From positions 9,896,035-9,960,034 of the forward strand of contig NC_081369.1 in the NCBI RefSeq assembly GCF_030684315.1: DNA of 64,000 nt, in the 5' to 3' direction. This DNA comes from Stegostoma tigrinum. Its lineage: Eukaryota. Below the pieces are notes generated by a model. The model did no database searches and was not told the DNA's origin. It saw only the letters and a program-made list of their open reading frames with translations. Positions 53,086 through 64,000 of the stretch are shown one piece after another. The position numbers and the translations under genes were made by a program. Positions within the stretch are counted from its first letter, which is position 1, and every line of letters starts with the position of its first letter.

Positions 53086-55949
53086 GCAGAAAGCACACAT
53101 GGCTTTTTACAACTGAGAAATCCTCCAATGGCTCTTTTTGATGTGCTGTCATTGTAATCACACAAGGGCAGACGGCAGGCAATTACAAACTGAAAGAACG
53201 TGCACACAATTTGCAATGACGCCCACAAAATCTAAAGGTCATTATTACTTGAAAAAGCTGGCTAAATACTGAGAGAATTTGAAGTGGAACAGCTGTACCT
53301 GAGAAGGCAGAGATCTTTGGTCTCTCATCTCTTGGCCCTAAGAACAACTCCAGAGATGTGCAGGATAGATAGATTAGTCATGGCAGATGTAGGATTAAAG
53401 TCACAGAATAGGCCAGTGGCTTTCAAGGGATGGTCTTTGGAGAGTTTGTGTGGTCTTGATGAGCCAAATGGCCTGCTTCCACAGTCTATGTATTCTATGA
53501 TGATTTTAGAAATTTCTGTGATCTTTCAAGACTTTGTAGAACACACAACAAGCATTACATTTGCGGAGAAAAAAAAGCTAACTTGGTTCACACAGTCTCA
53601 AATTCCGAAGTACAAACAACAGGAAATAATACTAAAGTTGTCTCTTCTCCAAACTAAAACCTCAGCATAAAGTATTGACTACCACCAAACTGCCTTTCCT
53701 CCAGTTTGCATTGTTCGTTCCTGCCACTCTCCCTTCTTCTGTTGTGGCAAGAATGATACTTAGGGGACGTGGTTGGACCAATTCGTTTACATCCATTTAA
53801 CTGGGATGTGGACAAAGATTAGAATGATAGGCACGAGAAGGCTCAATGCAAACAGACAAAGTGGATTGTTTGTACCAAAGAATCTGTCACTATAACTTCA
53901 GGTTTATACAAGAAAACATTACAATAGGTAGAAAACAAAAGCTATGCAATTTTCATGTTTAATCATTGTCCTTCAACTGGAGGCATGACCTACATTGAAA
54001 ATGTAACCTTAGAGAAATCTCCACGAAAATCTTTCCTAGCATCAACCATGTAAATGCTGTCGATTGTTGTCAAAGCGAACAAACAATACTCTGCATTCCA
54101 AGAGGCAGTTCAGAGTCAACCATATTGTTTTGGTTCTGGAGTCACGTGTAGGCCAGAGCAGACCAGGACAGTGGATTTCCTTCCGTGAAGGACATTGGTG
54201 AACTAGATGACACTTTCGTGATGTGAATGTTACTTGCCAACTATCAGTCCAAAACGGAGTCCTGTTTTAGGTTGTCCTGCACTTGGATATACCCTACTTA
54301 AGTTTTTTTTTAAGATGCAGTAACTAGAAATCAAGATGATGCCGTCATCTGTAAAAACGTCACTTTACCATTATGCTGGAGAGAAGGGCTCGAAGAAGCA
54401 GGTGAGATGTTTTGGGCAAAATGCCATCTTACTAAGATCTTGCAAACATGCCCTCTGTTCTGAAATGATTCACAGCAAAACAAAACACAATGTGGCAAAT
54501 ATAAATTCAATCAGTGGGGAGCTATTTCTAATCTATCCCCACTCCACGGTGCCTGATTCTCAATGACTATATTTTCCAGGTTTACTTCAGACCCTACATG
54601 GTCAATGGCCACCTTTATATCAAGGGTAGTCACTCTCATCTCACCTCTGGATCTTTAATGATACTTGGACCAACCAATTAATTGTACCAACCCCAGTTTC
54701 ATTATACTTTAGCTTTTGTCAATTTCTCACCAGTACCACTTTCATTGTTTTAATGGCAGTTTCTCTATGGATTATGTGCCAATGTCTTATCATTTAAACG
54801 ACATTTTCAGCTCTCCCAGCCGCAAATAACCGTATTGTCAAGTAGATGGACATATCCGAGATATGTTCTTCAGTGCATTTTTGTCATGCATTCCCTTATG
54901 TTAGTTATTTCAGAAGTAACGATCAGGTTTGCAATAGCATCCCAAAATCATAGCACCGATTCTTGAATTTCAGTGGATCTTTTTGAAAGACCAAAAGTTG
55001 GTGGAGGGTGCCTATGTCTCTGTGGTGGCCAAATCATCCATTTCAGTTCTCATGGACAAAAAACTCATTGGCAAGGGCTCACATATCTCTGAGCGAATTT
55101 ATTTAATTCTATCTAAGCGTTAATTTAACTGGATCAATTCCATTGAACTACACCCAAAGTGAGTCATTCCCTTGTGCATGTGATTTTGATCGATTCCTCT
55201 CCCCATTTCAATCTTCTTTTATTCTAAGTATCGCGCCCAATTGTTAGCATTCTATCTGATTCAGGAATTCTTGACAGTGTTTTTCTTTACAACAGACTTT
55301 CATAAAATGTGTTAAAAGAGCTAGCAACGTGTCAATTTCTTTCACAAATCCCAGTTTCAGAAACAATACATCCAGGCTTGGTGGCTTTAAACTGTGCTTT
55401 TACATTGAAGATTGAAGTGATTGTAGTCACATTTCAAAGATTTTGTCTCCACAAGACTTCCAGCTCTATCGTTGTGACCTTGAAACTTGTTGAAAAATAA
55501 AATAATATTAAACTCCACTGGGCTCTGGAACAAATCTTTTAGTTCAACAATGTCTAAAGGTATCTACAACAAGCTCAGAAATCACTCCTGTCCTAAATAA
55601 TGCACCTCACCAAACAGACAAATTGTGAGAAAATTAACGACTGCCAAAAGAGAGATTAAGTCTGCTGGTATGACATGGGACTGGTCCAAGTCACCAGTTG
55701 ACGTCATGTTGCACTTTCACACACACTTCAAAAAGCTGCTTAAATATTCTGATAATCGAAAAGTGGCAGTTTAAATTTTCATTGCCTCAATTCTCTCGTT
55801 CTATCACAAAACCCTTAGAAATCAACAAGCACCTGAATCTAGACTAAAAAAAATCACTTTCAATAATCGGACTTCAAATTGAATGTCTTACAAAAATAGT
55901 TTCAATGTCAACATTCAGTGTCCAGTCACAACGATGGGTCTATCTTCAG

Positions 55950-56130
55950 CGTTATCGTGAATTATGCATAATAGGTAAATTGTTTTCCTGTTGGCAATCA
56001 TTTTCAAATGCAGCTCTATTGCTCGTTGTCATAGCTTTATATTTTGTGTCCAACAGTAAATCACATAAATGAGCAGTGTAGGCTAGTTCATTCTGGACAG
56101 TGTTTAACTCAATTGTTCCTTCCATGATCA
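55950..56130 (-). pseudogene. Probable decayed cytoplasmic exon of the - strand VJ-C1 pseudogene
   Basis: tttggcag acceptor, then ..IMEGTIELNTVQNELAYTAHL, an ITIM-like LAYTAx remnant. Position follows the TM relic. Confidence 0.35.
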
Positions 56131-56689
56131 CTGCCAAATGCTGTCAAGGACTGTCTAATAATTACCGGTGCATACTTCCACAATTTCCAGTACAACTCCT
56201 CCTGACAATGATCATAACATTTTCATTAGCCCATCTGCAAATTGCATTTTAGAATATCCCAGTGACATTGCAAGTTCAGTCAAAGGTTTATGCTTCTCAC
56301 AGCTTCTGAAATTTAAAGTAAATTAATGACTATTGTTATGAACTTATTCTCGTCTCTAATTGCATTAACAATATTAGAATTTCAACTGCTGGCCTTCCTT
56401 ATGCCTGGTCCAAAGCAACAACAGTGACTCTCCCCTCACCCCAGTCCCCAGAGCAGTGCTGGTCCTCTAAGTTAACTCCTCATTCCAGCCTGAAAGCCTC
56501 ATGTTTGGGTCCCTTTAATTTGTTCTTTACAAAATATTTCTTTCACTAGAGCGTCCTTCTTCTGGAATACTTGGCTCTGACGCCGTTCACAATGCCAAAT
56601 GTAATGCAACGCTGAAGTGCCTTAAGCGGCTCTTTAAGATATGATCAAAATGAAGGCACGTGCACTGAAAGGCACAGAGACATACAGGA

Positions 56690-57790
56690 ATGAAATAGAC
56701 TCTTCTGTCCAACCAGTCCACGTTCTCAAACTAATCTATTCTCAATTGCCCGTGTTTGGTCCATGTCTGTCCAAATGTTTCAGATTCACATACCTTCACA
56801 AATGTTTCTTTTTAAACACCGTTTGCTGTACCTGCATTCACGATTTTCTCTAGCATTTCAATCCACACATGGTCCACACTCTGTGTAAAAGGTTGCCACA
56901 TGTCCCTTTACAATCGCTCTCAATCTCTCTACAGTATATGCCTCTTAATTTTGAAGCCTGTCATCCTAACAAGAAGATTTTTGCTATTCACTATGTCTCC
57001 AATCCTCATTTTTAATAAACCATTATGACATCATCCCTTGACCCCCTAGGATTGAGTGAAAAAGGCCTAGCGTATGTCGTTTATTTAGATAACTCAAGCC
57101 CTCCATTCCTGGCAAAATCCTGACAAATTGTTTTGGTCCCTCTCCAGTTTAATGATATCATTCCGATAACAAAATTCCGATGACCAAAATTACAGACAGC
57201 ATTCCAGATAATGCCTCAACAACGTCCATACAACCTCAACATGACATACCAATTGCTATGCTCCAAGGTCCGAGCAACAAAGGCAAGTGTGCTAATGTCT
57301 TCTTAATCGCCCTGTCTAACCATGACGCAAATTTAAAAAAGATTATGTACCTGAACCCCACCCCCCACCACAGTTCACTATCCAGGAGCCTGCATTAATT
57401 GTTCAAGTCATGCCCTTGCTTGTTTTACAAAAATGCAATACTTTACATTTATCAAAATTAAAACCCATGTGCCACTCCTCAGCCTATTGACCCAATTGAT
57501 CAAGGACTCTGTCATCTTAAATAACCGTCTTCCCTGTCCACTGTACCACCAACTTTGATGGCATCAACTACCTTACTAACCGTGCCTTCTATATTCTCAT
57601 TCAAATCATTTATAAACATATTAAAAGTGGACCCAGTGCCATTCTCAGTCGAGCATAGGTAGTCACAGTTCTTCAGTCAAAGAAAAGGCCTCTGCCGTCT
57701 GTCTCCTAAATCAAGCCAATTTCGCATCCAGTTGGCAAGCTCACCCTGAATCCCAAGTGAACCAACGCTACTAATTATTTTACCATACTT
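56690..57790 (-). mobile_element. Decayed CR1 LINE 3' part
   Basis: Reverse-strand CR1 3'UTR and RT remnants (ccaccaactttgatggcatc, tcaaatcatttataaa, ggacccagtgcc). Confidence 0.7.
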
Positions 57791-58459
57791 GATACTAATC
57801 AAATTTATTATGTTCAACGACTTTAGACATATTGCAAACTAACCAATGAATCTATTAGCTTAAACTACCGCAAAAAAAATCAGCAAAACAGTCTCACAGC
57901 TGTTTACGCATTGTGGATCCCGGCGATGACTGGAACTTCGAAATCAATATCTAGTTCCATGGTACTATTCATGAACCTGGATCGGGGGTGATAGCAAACG
58001 ATCTGCAAAAGGGTCTCAATATTAATTACATTGTGCATTTGATGCTACAGCTGAATTGCCCTTTCTGAGTACTTTGGTCTCTGCTCAACCAAAACCAATT
58101 TGAGATGTCCCTGCAGCACAGTCTCCGACCATACCATGGCCATCTTCTTAAAAAGCACATATTTTTCACCATCCATCAGTTGCTCTTTGCCTTGCCAAAG
58201 TAGCCCTTAATGATCTGGTTTGGAGATATCATTTTTTGACGCACTATGTTAACTAGTTACTTCTTTGTAATTTTACTTGCAGTCTCTGAGCATTTCTGCA
58301 TTAGAAAATGCAATTCAAGCAACCCTGACTTTCCTTCAACAGTTAAGATTTAGTTTTCAACTCGAAGCCCTAGCTGAGATCTCCTTTCATGTGTTGCAAA
58401 GGGAGGATGTCACTTACACTGATCGCTTACAATAATGTAAAAGTATTACAGTCGATCTT

Positions 58460-58559
58460 GCATTCATTTTTTTGTCTCCTAAGTTCTGTCCCAATGTGGA
58501 TCATAGGCACCAAAACTGCCGCCAGCAGCTAACCAGAAGTAACGTAAGTAAACAATATT
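58460..58559 (-). pseudogene. Decayed TM exon of the - strand VJ-C1 pseudogene
   Basis: ttttacccag acceptor, then ILFTYVTSG*LLAAVLVPMIHIGTELRRQKNE: hydrophobic stretch, basic stop-transfer residues and an internal stop. Confidence 0.55.
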
Positions 58560-59689
58560 CTGGGTAAAATTGAAACAAATGGTAGATTGGAACAAAAAAG
58601 GGGCCTAATAATAATTATATTAATGTATTGCTTCCTGAGGAAATTTCAGCAACCTGTTATTAATTAAACAATGGGGTCATTCGAATATAAATGTCTTTGA
58701 TGTAATATTTGCAGTTCCTCACCGATTTAACTATTTGGATTCAACAATGAAGTTGATTTTAAGGCTGTCAGAATAGTTTATGAAAATTGAAATTGGAAAA
58801 CGGTCAAATTCCTATAATCGTAAGGGCATGTTCTTTTTCGAACCCTTATTGCCTGTTAACATAATCTTTTTGGAATTTGGTAGTCATCTTTTACTTGAAT
58901 TTCTATATTGCCCATTCATCAGTTATGTTTGTTAGGAAACAAAACCATACCCTTTGAATTATATGTGTGTATGGATATAAAACTGTTTTAAAATGCTAAA
59001 TAATATCAACGGACTAAGATTCAATTAGTTTCCTTTTTATCTGTCCCGTCGAAGAGCCATTAATAATTTAACTTTTTGAACAGGGTTTACTGCAGTAATG
59101 CTGTCTGCGCAGCTTGAGTGAGATATATGAGATAGAGGCTAATTCAAGTCCCAGAAAGGCGTGGTGAACGTCTGCAAGGGAATTTGGTTAGGAATCTTTA
59201 CAGATCGGTAAATTAGGGTCGGCGTGTATGGGCCATTTGACCGTTTTGTTCAACGTTCAGATGTAAGCTGTCAAGATCATAAACGGCAGTTGACGAAATA
59301 AACGTGACAACAAGAGCCGACACACGGAGTGAGCACAACTGCTAAAAAACATAGAAAACAACTAAATTGAACAGTCTTAACTATGAACCTGTGGATCCAA
59401 ATGATGGTTGAGAGACCACCAATTCTCAACAATGATGATTACCTATCAAATACAAGAAATTGTAAACAATGTACGTTAACTGATAGCATTTGGTTCGTTA
59501 CTGATGTAAAATGGATATGAAACGCATTGCGTTCTTCAATTTTATATATTTACATGAAAATATAATGTTTTCTTTGATACTTCACGTAACATGTCCATGC
59601 ACGAATGTCGTGATTGTTGAAATGCACCAACTGTAGTTGCGACAGTTCTTAACTGCATCTGTGAACTTTTCTCCGTTATATTATTGGCT

Positions 59690-59986
59690 TGCTTGAGAAA
59701 TAGTATGTGTGGCAACGGCTGGAGTCCTGACTCTAAGTGCCGAGCAGGTATAATTGGCTTCGTTTGAGCAACTTGTCGCACAGATACAGAGCTGGAATCT
59801 TGGTAGAGTCCCTTGGCGTTCCGCACTTGCAGGTTGTGCATTCCTTCTACGGTTTTGACGCAATTTTAAAGCAAGTTGGCGTAATATTCTCCGGATAAAA
59901 TCCGGCTGCCTCACACGCAAGCGTCAAAGACACGGGCGAATTTCCTTCAGGTGGCCTAGAGAAGGCACTCAGCGGTGTTGGCTTCA
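59690..59986 (-). pseudogene. C1-set exon of the VJ-C1 pseudogene (two frameshifts)
   Basis: ttttgcag|VKPTPLS..SLTLACEAAGFYPENIT / ..RNAKGLYQDSSSV / ..NYTCSAL..TPAVATHT. The conserved W codon reads TGC. Confidence 0.85.
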
Positions 59987-60129
59987 CTGCAAAATTGAAA
60001 CTAAACTGAGTCAGGTCATCACGTGCAGTCATGAGACAATACGAGATTAGACATGATGGTGCAGTTTGTGACCATAGTGTCACTCAAAGCAGTGACCATC
60101 AGTCCTTCTGGTTTCAGGCGAGTGATGGG

Positions 60130-60660
60130 GTCATAGAGTCATACTGTACGGAAACAGACCCTTCGGTCCAACCGGTGCATGCCAAATATAATCCCAAACT
60201 ACACTGGGCACACCTGCCTGCTTTTAGCCGATTTCACTCCGAACTGTTTCTATTCATGCACTTTTCCCTAATGTCTTTTAACTGATGCAATTGTGCCCAC
60301 ATCCACAACTTTGTCAAGAATTTCAATCCACATGCGAACCCCCACCGGTTAATAAAAATAGCCCTCATGTCTTTTTTTATTAAACATCTCACCTCTCAAT
60401 CTTAAAAGCGCCCCCTCCCCAGTCATGAAATCCTCCATCTGGCAGAAAAGACACCTAAAATTAATCCTATCTACATCCGTTGCGTACACTTCTGTGAGGT
60501 CACTTCTCAACCTCCTATGCTCCAACGAAAGAAAGTCCCAGCCTCTCTAGCCTTTCTGTATAACCCATACATTCCATACCCAGCAGCATCCTGGTAAATC
60601 TCTTCTGAACTCTCTGCAGCTCAATAATATTCTTCATATAGCTGGGCGACAACGACTGCA
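60130..60660 (-). mobile_element. CR1 3'-end fragment
   Basis: gtcatagagtcata tail, gaaacagacccttcggtccaac, atcctggtaaatctcttctgaac. Confidence 0.75.
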
Positions 60661-62989
60661 AATATTTCATTCAGGTGTTTCATGGGAACAAACACCTGTT
60701 CAACATTACCTGAGCTATCCAAGGCCTTGGCTACTTGGCAGACAGAGTGAAAGAATTGTTTCAGCGCATAAACAGGCCACTCAGACCACTGTGTTTTAGT
60801 CGGCTCTCCGAATGAATATTTGCGTTGTGTTCTGTTTATGTCTTGCACGATTCGTCTTTGAAGCTCACAAGTCTTTTGAAAATTGAATTTTCCACTACGA
60901 AAAAAAGAGGCTGTTCTGTAGAACAGGATCTCTGCCAGCAATATATGTGAGGATAAGCAGTCATCCCTGAAGAATTCTGCTACCTAAATTCCTCTCACCC
61001 TAAAAACACAGCTGACCACTTTCTATCACCCCCAGCCTTTTACAGCAGTCATGCATTTTTTTCCATTTCACGTGAAATTTAGAAACTTTGTTGAATATTT
61101 CATGGTTTTTATGTCTTCATTGATAGATCAAGGAAAATTGAATCCAGTGCAGCTGCTAAGACAGGAATCTTTGATTTCAGGACCACACGTCCTTGAACCT
61201 CCTAAGGTTCAGTCTATTTATAGTTCTACCCTTTCCCACTGAATATAATTTTTAAAAAAATTTACTCCAGTCGTCTCACCTCCTGAATCTTGCTAACTTC
61301 AGGAATGTTATTTGTGTCCTGTATAGGGGAGGTTCTGAAAAGAAATAAGTTTTGTCAGACTGGAAAATCGAACAAGTGCCTCAATCATTCAACGAAGGAA
61401 GCAAAGAAACAGAAAACACTAAACTCCAGGACAGTCAACTTCTGTAATCGAAAAAAAGCAGGCGGTTTTGTTCAAGAAGCCGTAGGGAATTTGGAAAAAT
61501 CGAAATATTAACAACAAAAGTCAGCATGGTTTTGTGAAAGGAAATAATGTTTAATTGACATTTTTGAAGTGGTATGAGGAAATAAATGACGTTGGAGTTT
61601 TGGAGTGCCTCCATCATAACTAATCTCACCCTTCTCACCTCTGGAGAAAGTAGTCTAACTCATCCAATCTACCTTCACAATTGACGTGAAACTATTTTCA
61701 TGGCTTCCACAGTACTCTTCTCCAATGCCATTACATACCTTCTTAAATACAGGGCTCAGTACCTCATGCAAGGCTCGGCATTTATATGGCTGTCCATGCT
61801 GTTCCTGCCAAAAAGTGCATGGCAAAGTTACTGGATATTGAATTTCATGTCCACTTGTCTGATCAGCCCGTCTTCTTATGTTTATTCTATTTATGGCTTA
61901 CAGTATGCGCTTTAAAGTTCACAATGCTTTCAAACTTCGAACTATCCGCTACCGAAAAGACCTGCCCTGTAGAACAGGATCCATGTCATTAATATATGTT
62001 AGGGTGAGCAGTGATCCCTGAAGAATTCTGCTATGTAAATTTCTCCCAGCTCCCACAACCCATTGATCACTTTTTTCCACTTCCTATCACATCCAAAATT
62101 TGAATCCTCGTTGCTACAGACCATTTTATTCCAATATCTGAAAAGTACTCCACTCTTTCGTTGTGTATGATTATGTCAAATGCCTTTTGGAGGTCCATTA
62201 TTACCACGTCAGCAACAGCTGTTTGTAGATCAAGTAGCTTTTTTCCTCAGCACTTAATGTTAACTGTTGCCAAATGCTCCAAAATACTCGTTTTGCTTAA
62301 CTTTGCTTTAGGAAACCCATGATCACTTTCTTTAATGACACCATTTTTTCCAAATGACCATTCGTTTTATACCCAGTTGTTGCTTCGAGAATTTTCCACA
62401 CGAGGGAAGCTTAACTAACTGTCCAGCAGTCGCTTACATGTTTCAACAATGGTATGACACTTGGTATCTTTTTGGCCTTCGATAATGTCACTTAGTCTAA
62501 GGGAGATTGATGCAATGACACTGCCTCCGCATCGTCATTCTTACTTCCCTCATCAATATTGGATATCTCATCATTAAGGGAGCCGCAGCCTATCCAGTAC
62601 GCCATTGTTTCTCACCTTTATACCATCGTTGTATTGAGATGTCGTCTTCATTCACTATGGCCTTGAATTCATCTTCAAACGTTTAGGTAACAGAGTCTCC
62701 ACTGGAATTTATTCATTGAGCACCATGAGGTAATATCGTTGTTTGGGTCAAATAAGCAGTGAAATCCCAGTCCTGAGTTGATGAAACATAAGAAGAGGAT
62801 GCAGTACGTCACATGCTCGGAATCTAATTCAAACATTTGCCACCAGAGTTCAAATACATGCTTTAGAACGCAGGCCACAATATTCTATACCTATTATTAG
62901 GCACCAAAATACCATTTCTATCATTGCAAGTTACTGTTGATGTTCAATATGTTTATGCCAATTTGGCTTTTTTTTTCTTTCATACTTAC

Positions 62990-63308
62990 CAGAAACAATT
63001 AGCTGTGATCTGCTTCAATCTTCACTAAATATCCCTTGACACTTTAGTGTGCTCTAATAGATTCTAGAATCTTGGAAAGTTGTGTTCAGAAATTTGAATT
63101 TACTCAATCATTCCTATTTCTCCTAAACCATTTTCAAGCCTCACTGCCGTCTGCTAGGCATTCAGAGTCTTCCTGTTTCTACCCGTGCACTCTTATGCAA
63201 GAAGGGTTCTGCAAGCTGGAGAATGTGCAAAACAATCCTCCACTTTTATCACAATGTACAGTCATTTGCTTGGGCGTCTGAATTATTCCGAATGAAATGT
63301 GCCTGCAG
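62990..63308 (-). pseudogene. Germline-joined VJ exon of the - strand pseudogene
   Basis: ttctaacag acceptor and g|gtaagt donor. GIIQTPKQMTV..GLFCTFSS..RVHG*KQ..FKFLNTTFQDSRIY*STL..D*SRSQLIVS is a decayed FCTF / WW / DSGIYYC / GSGSQLIV pattern homologous to exon 17598-17903. Confidence 0.8.
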
Positions 63309-63771
63309 CTGTTAGAAATGTAAAGACATAGAAACTCATTGTATGAGATCAACGTGAGGAAGCAAGAAAATCAAAAAATCTTCCCTATAATGTAATGTAT
63401 GGTATGGTGGGGAGGGAGTGTGCTGGTGGTGATATGGGAGGCTTCTGGCCAAACTTTAGGGCGAAGTTTGTAGATCAAGTAGCTTAAAAGATCCATCATA
63501 GTCTTGGCACGTGGTTAGGCAGGTAGGAAGAATGGGAGTCTCCCATGGTCAGCCATGTTTGTTCTGGAGTGGCACCCTTCAGTTTATTATCCCCAGCAAT
63601 TTGCTACAGTCTACCACAAGAGCCCTAGTTGTGGGCAGACCGGATGAGAAAAATGCATTATTACAAAAGCATTTTACATATTTCCTGCGGCAATAAATAA
63701 AGACGTACCCGTGTAATTGACCCATCATTTAACCAGACAGAGAACCCACAAGCGGGGTAACACTCCGAGGA

Positions 63772-63865
63772 TAACAAAGTGTGGAGCTGGATGAACACAG
63801 CCGGCCAAGCAGCATCTCAGGAGCACAAAAGCTGACGTTTCGGGCCTAGACCCTTCATCAGAGAG
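63772..63865 (-). mobile_element. 94-bp Penelope terminus insert with a consensus hammerhead core
   Basis: Minus strand ctctCTGATGAagggtctaggcccGAAACGTCagc. TSD ca[c/t]tccgagga at 63761-63771 and 63866-63876. Confidence 0.88.
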
Positions 63866-64000
63866 CATTCCGAGGAACTGGGTCAGTTGATCACTCTTTG
63901 CAGTTACTGTGTGTTTGGAACTTCTTAAAACTGCTTAAAAACAGTTGTGCTCAAAGTGGTTGGCAACGACTTTTTGTGTCCTATAACTGTTGATCAATAG

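Noticed and set aside
60690-62090. Two similar - strand segments (~60800-61030 and ~61870-62090) with a good acceptor (cctgttctacag) and a CEL..DG..C pattern suggesting MHC class I alpha2 exons
   Set aside because: They translate better as decayed CR1 RT (..MKFN.., C..WAPYLRKD.LALE-like), with many stops. This is just a small duplication containing a CR1 relic.

Overview
Vertebrate genomic DNA, most likely a cartilaginous fish (shark). This is inferred from the repeat content: Penelope-like elements, CR1 LINEs and a tRNA-derived SINE. Inside the repeat-rich window is a small cluster of non-rearranging immunoglobulin-superfamily receptor genes built as leader / germline-joined VJ / C1-set / TM / cytoplasmic exons. 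There is one apparently intact + strand gene (14523 to ~36862; exons 14523-14577, 17598-17903, 20482-20778, 26078-26182, 27627-27670 and a tentative last exon). There is also a divergently oriented leader exon at 1920-1974, a decayed - strand pseudogene (V 62990-63308, C1 ~59690-59986, TM ~58460-58559, cytoplasmic ~55950-56130) and an orphan C1 relic at ~42292-42510. A young Penelope element with an open RT + GIY-YIG ORF and a 13-bp target-site duplication (TSD) sits 20 nt from the V-exon splice acceptor. Penelope 3' ends carry minimal hammerhead-ribozyme cores (about 18 intact or degenerate copies) and also occur as tiny TSD-flanked inserts and as palindromic double-hammerhead units. A ~3-4 kb tandem segmental duplication lies between the two divergent leader exons. 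All calls come from manual reading; no database searches were run.
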